DNA of 64,000 bases from a virus, in the IMG/VR virus record IMGVR_UViG_3300035670_000034, positions 64,001-128,000 of that record; one strand, given 5' to 3'. A program made the position numbers and the translations under genes. Shown piece after piece: positions 9,168 through 19,800 of this stretch (the stretch's first letter is position 1; the number at the start of each line of letters is the position of its first letter). Under the pieces are notes generated by a model. The model was not told the DNA's origin and made no database searches. It saw only the letters and a list, made by a program, of their open reading frames with translations.

Positions 9168-10878
9168 CATTTCGCCACAACTACAGAATGTTCTTGACCG
9201 CCTACAGGGCGTCGTGCGCATTTCTGGAGGGTTTCAGGCGAAGTGCCCATGTCGCAACGATGACGACAATCCATCGTTTTCAGTATCCGAAGGTGAGGGT
9301 GGTAAGGTCGTTGTTTACTGTCATGCAGGGCGATGCAACACCCAGCAGGCGTGCGAGGCGATGGGCATAAAAATGGCAGACCTTTATCCGCAGAAAGCAA
9401 AAAAAGAACTTGACTTTGTTGCCAAGTATCAATACCTTGACGCTGACGGAACTCTACTTTTTGAAAAGTTGCGCTACATAGATAGGTCGTCTGGGAAAAA
9501 GGAATTTCGTCAGCGCAAGCCAGATGGCAATGGTGGCTGGGAGTACAAACTTGGCGAAACTCCTCGGGTGCTTTACAACCTGCCAGCAGTTCTTAAAGCA
9601 AAACAGAATGGCGAACCAGTTTGGCTGGTCGAGGGGGAAAAAGATGCAGACACTCTCATCAAAATGGGTATATGTGCGACGACTATGCCCAATGGGGCTG
9701 GAACATGGTTGCCCATCCACACCGAAGCCCTCTCTGGTGCAGTTGTGGAAATTATCGCCGACAAAGACGAAGCAGGGCTCGAACACGCAAAGTCGGTTTA
9801 TCAGGAGTTAATAGATTCCGGTTGCGACGTTCAGGTGTGGACGTGCACACATGGCAAGGACATGACCGAGCATGTTGGTGCTGGGGGTCAGATTGACGAA
9901 TTGGAAACTGTAAATCTCGATGCGATTGTCATTCCTAAGCCAACCGAAAATAAGTTGCAATCGGACACGCACGAGGGTCGGGCGATGAATGAAATAACCG
10001 ACATGTTTTTGCGCGACGACATGTCGGAAAGTCAAAAATTACAGCGCGCACAACTTATTATTTCTCGCACGACTAGCACAAAAATAGTCGACACCGGAAG
10101 GCTTGTAACTTGGTCAGATTTCGTTGGTGAATCAGACGACGATTCATACGATTGGGTAATTCCTGGTTTATTGGAGCGCAACGAGAGGGTCATTATTGTT
10201 GCCGCAGAGGGTGTTGGCAAGACCATGCTTGCTCGCCAAGTGGCAATATGTGTTGGAATGGGAATACACCCATTTACATATCAACCAATAAAACCTCAAG
10301 TAACACTTTCTGTTGACCTTGAAAACCCGGAAAGAATCATTAGGCGCACATCACGCTCGATATATGGGGCAGCAAAATCAGTGTCTCGTAATCCAAGCCC
10401 GCAAGCACATTTGCTAATAAAGCCCCAGGGTCTTGACCTTTTGCGAGCAGAAGACAGGGCAGTGTTGGAAGAAATGCTGGAAAAGACCAGGCCATCAATT
10501 CTGGTGATGGGTCCCCTGTACAAGGCATTTATAGACCCAGGCGGGAGAACCAGTGAGGCTGTAGCAATTGAAGTTGCCAGATACCTTGACACCATTAGGG
10601 ATGTTTTCCAGTGCGCAATGTGGCTCGAACATCACGCACCGCTTGGAACATCGATGACAACCAGGGAACTTCGCCCATTTGGTTCTGCGGTTTGGTCTAG
10701 GTGGCCAGAATTTGGCGTATCACTTCAGCCCGACTCAACTGGAATGCCATTCCATTACGATGTGCGACACTTCAGGGGTGCTCGCGATGAGCGCCAATGG
10801 CCAACTAGAATTAAGAGAGGCAAACGTTTCCCATTTGAGGTGGTCGAATGGCCATCCTCCATTAAGGCACCAACATGA
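9160..10878 (+). CDS. DNA primase-helicase (Zn-binding + TOPRIM + AAA_25/RepA-type helicase)
   Basis: CPC...CHAGRC; WLVEGEKDADTL; IIADKDEAG; Walker A AAEGVGKT; WLEHH; RPFGS. Confidence 0.9.
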   Translation: MSSISPQLQNVLDRLQGVVRISGGFQAKCPCRNDDDNPSFSVSEGEGGKVVVYCHAGRCNTQQACEAMGIKMADLYPQKAKKELDFVAKYQYLDADGTLLFEKLRYIDRSSGKKEFRQRKPDGNGGWEYKLGETPRVLYNLPAVLKAKQNGEPVWLVEGEKDADTLIKMGICATTMPNGAGTWLPIHTEALSGAVVEIIADKDEAGLEHAKSVYQELIDSGCDVQVWTCTHGKDMTEHVGAGGQIDELETVNLDAIVIPKPTENKLQSDTHEGRAMNEITDMFLRDDMSESQKLQRAQLIISRTTSTKIVDTGRLVTWSDFVGESDDDSYDWVIPGLLERNERVIIVAAEGVGKTMLARQVAICVGMGIHPFTYQPIKPQVTLSVDLENPERIIRRTSRSIYGAAKSVSRNPSPQAHLLIKPQGLDLLRAEDRAVLEEMLEKTRPSILVMGPLYKAFIDPGGRTSEAVAIEVARYLDTIRDVFQCAMWLEHHAPLGTSMTTRELRPFGSAVWSRWPEFGVSLQPDSTGMPFHYDVRHFRGARDERQWPTRIKRGKRFPFEVVEWPSSIKAPT

Positions 10879-11546
10879 GCAATACCCCAATGACAAAAGA
10901 GTTTCTCGCAGAAAGAGACACAAGAATTTTCAAGATGAAACAGGCTGGTGTCTCAATTTCAGAGATAGCCAAGCGATTTAATGTCTCCACAAAAGTTGTT
11001 TCAATGGCCATTTCGCGCCAATTGGAAAAATTAAATAAAGAAAACGTCCTTGTTTACCCAGAAGTCCTTCGAATGGAACTGGAGAGGCTTGACGCAATGC
11101 AGGCAGCCCTATGGCCAATGACTCAGCACAGGAAGATAACACTGGATGACGGAACAGAAGTTGCCGTTGAGCCAGACATGAAAGCCGTAGACAAGGTTTT
11201 GGCGATAATAAACACAAGAACAAGGCTGCTGGGCATGGAGCAGACCAAGGTAAGCATTCATACGGACGCAGTCCCAGATGGTGGCGGCGCTCCAATTAGG
11301 GCCTCTCTTGCCGGTCAGTCTGGAAATATTGGGGAAATAGATTCCTTTGACCCGGAGTCTGAGGCCAAAAAATTGCTCGAACTTATGGCTATTTCCGGTG
11401 TTCTTCCAGAGGAAACTGTCACCAAAATGCTTGGACAAGCGCCTATTATCGATGCCGAGGTGATTGAAAATGACGAATCAGGAGCAGGACAATCAGGAAC
11501 AGGACAACTTGCAAGCGGCAGTGAGCAAGGTGGCGGAAACCCTTAA
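10875..11546 (+). CDS. HTH DNA-binding protein (possibly terminase-small-subunit-like)
   Basis: RIFKMKQAGVSISEIAKRFNVS; ELERLDAMQAALWP; AVDKVLAI..R.RLLG. Confidence 0.65.
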   Translation: MSNTPMTKEFLAERDTRIFKMKQAGVSISEIAKRFNVSTKVVSMAISRQLEKLNKENVLVYPEVLRMELERLDAMQAALWPMTQHRKITLDDGTEVAVEPDMKAVDKVLAIINTRTRLLGMEQTKVSIHTDAVPDGGGAPIRASLAGQSGNIGEIDSFDPESEAKKLLELMAISGVLPEETVTKMLGQAPIIDAEVIENDESGAGQSGTGQLASGSEQGGGNP

Positions 11547-11802
11547 TCCAACGGTTTCAACAATCAGCAAAGACGACAGCGGCCCTGCGGATAAACAGGT
11601 TTTAATTCGAACAACCGAGTCAGAAAAAGAAAAGTGGAAGAACGCAGCGGCAAAAGAAGGGATTCCGCTTTCCCAATTTGTTAGAGACACGCTTAACCAA
11701 AGGGCAACCGAACTTCTTGATTGTTCTCACCCAATTGAGCATCGACGATGGTATCCATGGGCTGAGTTTTGTCTTAAATGCGACACTAGATTGAGGGGAT
11801 GA
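11470..11802 (+). CDS. Ribbon-helix-helix DNA-binding protein with C-terminal Cys motif
   Basis: DKQVLIRTTESEKEKWKNAAAKEGIPLSQFVRDTLN. Confidence 0.7.
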   Translation: MTNQEQDNQEQDNLQAAVSKVAETLNPTVSTISKDDSGPADKQVLIRTTESEKEKWKNAAAKEGIPLSQFVRDTLNQRATELLDCSHPIEHRRWYPWAEFCLKCDTRLRG

Positions 11803-12296
11803 AAATAGTTGAACTTGAACCATTCGAATATGAATGGGCTTCGCATGTTGGTACGCGTCGATACATAGAAAACTGGCCCAAAAAGGATGCTCCGTACTAC
11901 AAAAAAGAACTTATGGAAGACGATAGAACGGCTCAAGTCGCGGCAGCCGTATGCGAGTTGGCTGTTGCAAAAATAACAAATCGCTATTGGTCTGGCCATG
12001 TATGGACTGCCAGTGAACACAACTACTACAAAAACAAGACTCAAGATGTTGGCAGAAATATAGAGGTTCGCCGTGTTCGCACCGGGGATTCTGCCGCTGT
12101 CAGAAAACGTGACATGGGCAAAGGGCTTGTTCTTTTTGTGGCGAAAGCAATAATGCCAGAATTACGACAAGTTGAGGTCTGGGGGTACATCGACTATGAC
12201 TACGCATGGGAAATTGGCGAGCCAGCGCCATATTCTCCGGAAGATACGAGACTCGTGCACCGCAGTCACCTCACTGTGCACTATGGTCATAACTGA
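11799..12296 (+). CDS. Hypothetical protein, possible PD-(D/E)XK nuclease fold
   Basis: CELAVAK...QDVGRNIEVR pattern. Confidence 0.55.
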   Translation: MKIVELEPFEYEWASHVGTRRYIENWPKKDAPYYKKELMEDDRTAQVAAAVCELAVAKITNRYWSGHVWTASEHNYYKNKTQDVGRNIEVRRVRTGDSAAVRKRDMGKGLVLFVAKAIMPELRQVEVWGYIDYDYAWEIGEPAPYSPEDTRLVHRSHLTVHYGHN

Positions 12297-12330
12297 TGTT
12301 GGATAAATCTAACCAGAAAGAGAGAACTTT

Positions 12331-12576
12331 ATGAATTTTATAGATAGCCATGAAGTATCGCTTGACGTTCTTGGTGACGGTAAAGATATTTGGACTTGCA
12401 AGTGGTCCGGTAGTGATAAGGTTCAGGTCTTCAGAGGTGACTTCATCAATAATCGCATCCTGTTCAATCACATGCTTACGCTTGATTGCGCTGCGACGAT
12501 GACGGTGGCAGAGTTCTGCGAGTGGGCTGAACAGTTGCTTTTGGGTCTAGTCAAACAGGAGTACAAAGAGATATGA
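12331..12576 (+). CDS. Hypothetical protein
   Basis: 81-aa ORF in operon. Confidence 0.65.
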   Translation: MNFIDSHEVSLDVLGDGKDIWTCKWSGSDKVQVFRGDFINNRILFNHMLTLDCAATMTVAEFCEWAEQLLLGLVKQEYKEI

Positions 12577-13016
12577 GATATGTCGAAAAAAGGGCGCCGC
12601 AGCACAATCATTTGCTAATCAATGCAAAAACTCCGTTTCCGCTTACGAACAAGCGGAGAATGAAAAAGTGGCTAAAAGGGCTCGTTCACGATATTGGGAT
12701 GTACAGAATCGCTGGACCCTTTGTTCACTACGTTGACAAGCCTGGCAATAAGGGTTTGACGGCTGTTGTAATGATTGAGACAAGCCACATCGCCCTGCAC
12801 ATCTGGGATGAGCCGGTACCAGCACATATACAATTCGATATATACACCTGCAGTGGGCTTGATGTTGAATTGACTCTTTTGAAAATTGTTAGTGATTTCC
12901 AAATCACACAAATTGACTGGGTCTTCTATGACCGGGAAAAAGGCTTTAAGGAAGTCTCCAAGGGAAATTCAGTTGGCGACATTATGAAGGGCCGCAACAA
13001 GCCTCCAGTAATTTAG
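12573..13016 (+). CDS. speD: S-adenosylmethionine decarboxylase-family proenzyme (pyruvoyl)
   Basis: HLLINA...GLTAVVMIETSHIALHIWDE...QFDIYTCS. Confidence 0.88.
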   Translation: MRYVEKRAPQHNHLLINAKTPFPLTNKRRMKKWLKGLVHDIGMYRIAGPFVHYVDKPGNKGLTAVVMIETSHIALHIWDEPVPAHIQFDIYTCSGLDVELTLLKIVSDFQITQIDWVFYDREKGFKEVSKGNSVGDIMKGRNKPPVI

Positions 13017-14983
13017 TCGCTAACTTTATTCAAAAGCGACAAAACCAACTGCGTTCCAAGGTCAGATTCTTCGTCAAGAGAAGCGCCGTCAACTGCAGTG
13101 TTCACAACGCTTCGCTTGGAGGCAATGAGTGAGTAAATCTCCTCATCTATCGTTCCAGCACAAAGCGCATAGGTGGCGGTAACTGAACCCTTTTGGCCCA
13201 TTCGGTGAAGTCGCGAGTATGTTTGGTCAAGGTCGGCTGGTGTCCACGGCAATTCAACAAAGATGATGTCTTGGGCTGCCGTAAGGGTGTGTCCAGTCTT
13301 TGCAGCCTGAATTGAAATGGTTATCACTTGCGCTTTGGGGTCGCCCTGAAACTTTCGTTTGACGTCTTCGACTTCCTCAACACTCATTCCGCCTTGTATT
13401 TTCAAACCACCAAAACGATTAGCAAGTTCATCAACGATGTCTCTGTGATGAGCGGCAATAACGACTTTGGCGCCACCTTCAGTTCGTTGCTGAACCCACT
13501 CAATGACGCTCTCCATCTTTGCTTTGGCGGCCAAGCGCCGCAAAACCGACAGCCTGACCAAGTTCTGTGCGTGCTCTGCTTTTATCCTGGCTATTACTGC
13601 TGCAGACTTGGGATTTGTGCCTAGTTCTTTTGCTATTTCTTTTGCTCGCTCTACGAGATACAAAACAATGTCTTTTTCTGCCTTTGCATACTCCGCCATC
13701 GCTGCGGTTGTTCCAACCAGGGTCATTTCCTGATGAAACACTGGAGGCAATTCAGTCAAAACCTGGTCTTTTGTGCGGCGTATGTAGCAAACGGAACGAA
13801 GTTTGTCGTTTAATTCCTCCAAATTGGACGAACCCTCAAGATGCCACTGCCCCCATTTGTCTTGAAACGCAGCGCAATAACGGCGGTAAAAACCCCATAC
13901 CCCACCAAAATCCTTAATCTTGCCAAGTATGTCGAGTTGCGCCACATACTCTGCTGGTCGGTTGGTGACTGGTGTTCCAGTTAGGCAAAGAACAGGAGTT
14001 CCAGATGGAGAAGAGCCGACAATCTTTCTGGCTGACTTGGTGCGCTTGGCGGTCAAGGTCTTGCAGTAATGGCTCTCATCCAAAACATACGCATGATGTC
14101 CGATGAGGTGTGACTCCCAATATGAAATATTCGAATACCCAATCACCAAAACGTCGTAGTCGCCCTTTTGCGGAAATTCTTTTTGCCCTTTTCCGGCAAG
14201 CACCGTAGCCACTCGCCTAGCGGGTAGCCATTTGCCGTATTCGGCCTTCCAGTTAAGGACCAAGTTGGGTGGACACATTACTACCGCCGGGTAACAACCA
14301 GCACCATCTGCATACAACGCCTCTAACGTGGCTATTGCTTGTAGGGTTTTACCAAGACCCATCTCGTCTGCAATGAAACAGCGCTTGGCGCGCTTGGCGT
14401 ATGCAACTCCTGCCTTTTGGTACGGGAGCATGTTGTTTTCAAGGTTGGTATCGCCAATCTTTATTTCTGCTTCTGTGGCCCTGGATGCCTCATTGAGTTC
14501 CAGTAGTTGCGCATTGATTTGAGCAGCCATCATCGTGACATCGGCAGATACCGACTTGTTAAAGCGCTGCGCCCACTGGATGCTTTCGTTTATTGCGGTT
14601 AGCGGCGCACGCCACGCTCCGGTAGATTTATCCCAAGTGACAGAAGGTATCTGTTTAACCGACCTCACCATAACGGGGTCATACGGAAAGGATATGTAGA
14701 TGTCACCGTCTTTCTCATAGACCCCAACATCTTGGGCACTTCGCCTGGTCGGAAGTGTAAATACAAGCACCTCATTGTCTATGTCAAAGCCATGCTTGGT
14801 CGCAAATGAGCGCGCCTGGGACACCTGGGCAACTGGACAGCGCCACAAGCGAGCAACTTTGTCCCACTTGCAATCCGGTATCCGCTTTACCTCGGCTACC
14901 TGTTCTTGGTTGTATGGGAAATCCAAAGCAAGGGTGTCATTGTCCAAAAATAGCCGTGCCATCGGACTCAATTTTATCTCCAA
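13013..14983 (-). CDS. SNF2-family helicase with two HARP-like N-terminal repeats
   Basis: IADEMGLGKT; VLDESH; LTGTP..N; QAAKTGHTLTAA; QTYSRLHRMGQ; two F.Y....V..VK.IP...WDK...WR.P repeats. Confidence 0.92.
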   Translation of the reverse strand: MEIKLSPMARLFLDNDTLALDFPYNQEQVAEVKRIPDCKWDKVARLWRCPVAQVSQARSFATKHGFDIDNEVLVFTLPTRRSAQDVGVYEKDGDIYISFPYDPVMVRSVKQIPSVTWDKSTGAWRAPLTAINESIQWAQRFNKSVSADVTMMAAQINAQLLELNEASRATEAEIKIGDTNLENNMLPYQKAGVAYAKRAKRCFIADEMGLGKTLQAIATLEALYADGAGCYPAVVMCPPNLVLNWKAEYGKWLPARRVATVLAGKGQKEFPQKGDYDVLVIGYSNISYWESHLIGHHAYVLDESHYCKTLTAKRTKSARKIVGSSPSGTPVLCLTGTPVTNRPAEYVAQLDILGKIKDFGGVWGFYRRYCAAFQDKWGQWHLEGSSNLEELNDKLRSVCYIRRTKDQVLTELPPVFHQEMTLVGTTAAMAEYAKAEKDIVLYLVERAKEIAKELGTNPKSAAVIARIKAEHAQNLVRLSVLRRLAAKAKMESVIEWVQQRTEGGAKVVIAAHHRDIVDELANRFGGLKIQGGMSVEEVEDVKRKFQGDPKAQVITISIQAAKTGHTLTAAQDIIFVELPWTPADLDQTYSRLHRMGQKGSVTATYALCAGTIDEEIYSLIASKRSVVNTAVDGASLDEESDLGTQLVLSLLNKVSD

Positions 14984-15001
14984 TCCATGTAGTGTGTCGG
15001 G

Positions 15002-15457
15002 GTGGGAAAAAACTCGGCGTACGACATTCCTTCTTTACGTTCTACTTTTCTCAAAGACCTGGAATACGGAGAGCAGGGAGAAGCACTCGTATCATCGTTC
15101 CTAGAATGCATTTCTGAAGGCGATTTTGAGGTAAAAAGCGACAGATACAGGAATGGGCGAATGGCAGTAGAAACTGACCAAAACCCGAGGGCAGCCCTAG
15201 ATGAACAAGGCAATCCTATCTGGGTAAAAAGCGGGATAAATCTAACCAAAGCGAAGTGGTGGGTATATATTTTTTCCCCTGATGGTGCTTTTATCGTCGT
15301 TTCAGTTGACAGGCTCAAAAAATACTTGCGAGCCAATAAACGCATATTCAATGAATCAACAAAAATCAATTTTGGTAAGCCAGACAATCCAGCAAAAGGA
15401 TTCCTTTTGTATCCACAGCATGTTCAGGACCTGATGACCAATCCTGCGTTTGGATAA
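15002..15457 (+). CDS. Putative PD-(D/E)XK nuclease-like protein
   Basis: FLKDLEYGEQGE...DFEVKSDRYRNGRMAVET. Confidence 0.6.
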   Translation: MGKNSAYDIPSLRSTFLKDLEYGEQGEALVSSFLECISEGDFEVKSDRYRNGRMAVETDQNPRAALDEQGNPIWVKSGINLTKAKWWVYIFSPDGAFIVVSVDRLKKYLRANKRIFNESTKINFGKPDNPAKGFLLYPQHVQDLMTNPAFG

Positions 15458-15669
15458 ATCTAACCAGAGTTTGGGAGTTCACAAATTGTGGTGTAGGTGC
15501 CCCCGCGCACACCGAGAGCGTCGAAAAAGTCCCGCACACTTTTGGTCTATGGGGTTGGCAAACGCCTGTTCGCTTACGGCAACGACGAACACTCGTTCGC
15601 ACCCTCCAAATAGCGTCCCGATGAGCGCAAGAGCAACGCTGAACAACACCACGCCCAACCATAGCACAG

Positions 15670-16830
15670 GTCAAATACACGTCCCGTTTGCCGAAGTGGT
15701 GCGCCACAAACCTGAGTGTGTCGCAGAAATAGTCGCACTCAACGCCATACACGCCCCGTTTGCCATATCAGTCGTGTATCGCAGTCGCAACACGCCGTTT
15801 CACTACGCCCCGTTAGGCGCATAGCATTGTGTGTTGTTACGCATACGCATACGAAGTTGCCCATCACCTAGCCCCGTAGCGCATAGCGTTTCGCATAGCG
15901 CAGCGCAGTCGCATACGCATACGCCCCGTATTCATTAGTCTTTTCGTGTGTGTCGCATACGCATTTCGTATCGCTTGTCGCATCTAGCCCCGTGAGCCAT
16001 AGCCATAGCAACACGCAGGCACACATACACGTCCCGTATGCGCCGTGCGCTGGTGTGTGTGAGCATACGCATAGCCAACCCATAGCCACTATGCCCCGTA
16101 TGTCGCATACGCATTCAGATACACACGCCCCGTTGAGTTTTTCGCAGGCTTCACGGGTGACCTACGGGCATACCCTACCTATGACAACACCACACACCAC
16201 CACGCATCTAGTCCCGTAGGTAGTGATAGGTATTTGTAATCAGTAGTCACGCACCATAGCAAGCCCATACCCCTACCCCTATGTGTGTCGCATCTAGCCC
16301 CGTAAGCACTACACCATAGGGATACCCCCACACCACGCCTACCGTGTGTGGCTTCATCTAGCCCCGTGACGCATACAACCTTTCGTAAAGGACTTGATAC
16401 TTAGCCGCCCCGTGTTTTCGCAAGGCTCACGGGTGGCTTACGGGTGCTTACACCTACCTACACCACTGCCTACACCACACACGCATCTAGCCCCGTAGGC
16501 ACTTGACTACACGCCACCTGCCCATAACCACATTTGGTCGTTGCTGAACATAGGCCCCGTAGTCGCCTATCGCAGTCAAGCGATACGACATCTCGCTTAT
16601 GAGAGTGCTTCACTATGCCCCGTATGGCGTGTGAGAGACTGAACACGGCGCAAGAGCCGTGTGTCTACTTGCGCCCCGCACAACATAGTCGCAGAACAGC
16701 ACTTGTAGACAAACGATAATCAGCCCCGTACAAAACACGGATTTTGAGGGTTTTTTCAGCGTTTTTAGTGCTGTACTCAGCGCACTCAGCCCCGTGCCAT
16801 AATAAAAGAACCCGATTACACCAAAAAGGA
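15670..16830. repeat. Non-coding repeat tract: CATCTAGCCCCGT repeats, about 20 (G/T)CCCCGT-type cores and a duplicated ~90-bp unit
   Basis: (G/T)CATCTAG(C/T)CCCGT at 15980, 16204, 16290, 16354, 16483; degenerate duplication 16127-16220 vs 16407-16499; only low-complexity ORFs. Confidence 0.8.
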
Positions 16831-16835
16831 CTTGT

Positions 16836-19800
16836 GTGACGCAACTTGGCCCCGAAAACAAAGACATTTACGAAGTTGATGTAAAAGACGGCAACCGTCT
16901 AGGTCGTCGCTTGTCTCGGGGCTTGAGGTCACTATCCAGAAGTGTCGGAAACACGGCAAGGTCGGGACTCGTTGTGGAACCATTTGACCCAAACGCATAC
17001 GACGGTGATGGTGACGGCATAATCCAAGACGGAACACAGTGGGAACGCCCCGCAGTGCTAAGAAGTCAGTCAATACCAAACGCAGACTTGCCCAAAACAC
17101 CTGATGCCGGGACTGAAACAGAAACAGAAAAGACACAAAAAGAGACAAGAAAACTCGTTGACGCAGCAGAGCGAGCCGGGACTCGGATTTCGCCAGAACG
17201 CTCACGGGTGACTACGGGTGGACTACGCAGTACGACAGTAACGCCGTTGCTTGACCCAGAGTGGCGAAGAACAGCAACGCCCCGAGAACTCGCTGAAATA
17301 ATCGTGCCAGACACGCTTGATGAAGCAGACGCACTAGCAGAACAGTTGGCAGTGCCCCGAAGTGCTTATGAAACCGAAGCAGACTACCAAAACGCACTAA
17401 AACTACTCAGAAGAACTCGGGACGCAGAAAGAGCCGCATCCAAGCGTCGTATGGAAGCACTTATCGCGATTTACGAAAAAAGACACCCCAAAACAACCAA
17501 AACAGGCTCGTTTGAGCGGGACCTAAGAGATGACCCTATTGAGTGGGACAAAAACCTCAAAAAAATCTTTGGCGACCAAAATGAGTGGGGCGAACAACTC
17601 GGGGCAACAAACAAACGGAGCGTTGAGCGGGCTCAAATAGAGTTTTTGGTCGCTTACAGAACAGAACTGGAACGGGACCCAGTAACAAACAAAACACTAT
17701 TGGACATAATAAATGAAATAGAAAACGCCTATCGAAACGGAGTGAGGCTCACGCACGGGGCTTTTTGGAGAGACAGTACTCACATACCAATCAGTCCCGT
17801 TGAGTATGTGCTTGCTCGTTTGTTTATGGAACACTCAAACCACCCACAAGACCCGTTGTTCATAACCGGCATTCGGGACGTAGTAACGCCGTCGGGCGAC
17901 ACCGACGCAGTTATCAGATGGGCGACTGAGTTCCTTGATGGATACCAAAGGTTCTACGAAGCACGAAAGGGGTCCCGTGCTCTTTCCAAGCAACAAATAA
18001 AGAACAGAATAGAAGTAGCAATGAACTCTGGGTCAAGAGGAGGCTTTTTCGGGACCCTTTTTGGTAGGGCTATTCCAAACGAACAATACATACAAACACA
18101 CCAAATGGTGGAAAGCAACGACCCTCGGGACCTTGCGCTACTACGGGCACTGTTACAAAGAACGCTAGAACAAAACCCTGAGTTTTTGGAAGCAGTAAGG
18201 AAGTTTGGACACCCGCCTCTCTATGTCCCGCACCGCGCTTACCATTTCATTGCCCCGCCAAGAGAGTTCCAAGAAAAGTTTTTGCTTGTTCCAGAAAGCG
18301 AACTAACGCCATCTGAACTGCGGGACAAACTTATTTCAGGAAAAGAATACGAAAAAGGTTTGCTTGAAGCAATCCGCGCCCAAGAACTCGGAAAAGGAGA
18401 TGTCACGTTCGGGGCAGGTGGACTACTTGGTGTACGGGCGGGACTTGGTGGACAGTATTCATTTCCTGATGGGCAAATAACACTTACCCCAATGCAACTG
18501 AGAAACACAATACTCAACCGCCCCGAGGCTGATGAAAACATAATCAACATGACCGGGACACAAGGCGCATACACGCTTGTTGGAGAACCAGCAATTCTCA
18601 TACACGAATTTGGCCATCACGTTGATTGGACTTTGCGCAACACCTTGTACGGGGCCTTGTGGGAGAGACGCAAGAGGGCTATTCGTGACTTTGCCAACGA
18701 CCCAAATAGAAATACAAGCCCCGACGTGTTCAAAGATTTTGTTCGTCAGCAGATAGTAGATTTTCGTGACGAACTAAAAGGCTTCACGGGCTTGGTAGAC
18801 CCCGATAACCCAAGCAAGTTGTCCGGGGCATCAGATAGACAAAACATTCATAGAAGTCGCTTGAAGTACTTAGGAGTGAACGTCCCCAGACAAGGCCCCG
18901 ACGAAGTTCCTGTTGGTAGTCGTCTGTTTGACCCATCAACGCTAACCGACGAAGAACTAGATGACCAAATAAGGGAAATAGCGGGGCAACTAGATGAAAT
19001 TCACGGAATGGTCGACATGCTGACTGGTCGCCAGCAAATACGACGAATGAAAGAAAACGGCACGTGGCAACGTGGCATCCACCCATCAGAAGGAGACGTA
19101 GGCGATTACGCCATAAACAGCCCCGAACCTTATGTAACTACGCCATACGGAAATAGCAGTGCGATTGAGCGTTTTGCTGAAATAACAGCGTTTGTTTTGT
19201 CCCGCAACGGACAAAAACAGCCTGTTGCGGTGAATAACGCCGCCGTGCGTCTATGGGCTCGGATACTTGGCATAGATGTAGAACCACAAGATGTTGTTTC
19301 TCAGTCCCGTCGCAAAAGACTTCCTTCGGGTGGCTACTCAGACGAAATGGAAGACATAACAAACCGCATACTCTCAGACATAAAGATTGTTGCGCCAGAT
19401 GTTCAGAGGCAGCCAGACGGTCACCGCCCCGGTTTGCAATCATCAACGTCATCATCAGATTTTCGTTTTGACCCAGATGAACGAAGCATGTTGCAGTCCC
19501 GTAGCAACATAGGCTTGGACACAGACCAACGCCTGTACGCACAAGATGAGCCGATAGGCGTTATGGATTTCATGAATAGGCCCCGTGTCTACTCAATAGG
19601 CGACCATCATTTCTACGATAACGAAGTTCGCTATGGCTCGCAGATGAGTTTTGCGATGAGAAAGCGACTTGGAGAACAAGCGGGACGCAGATACATCAAC
19701 AGAAACAGACCCCATCACGGAGATATGGTGCGGGCGATTTCAGCAACGCAGTTTGGACTGTTTATTGACGACCTTCCAACTTACGACACAACTACATCGG

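Noticed and set aside
15450-16219. ORFs 15450-15824, 15868-16089 and 15950-16219
   Set aside because: Low-complexity His/Ala/Cys translations of the repeat tract with no start signals. The hydrophobic 15479-15667 ORF remains possible but unsupported.
15860-16500. CRISPR array from the CATCTAGCCCCGT repeats
   Set aside because: Repeats are only 13-14 bp, spacing is irregular (64-224 bp), spacers are low-complexity and mutually similar, and no cas genes are present
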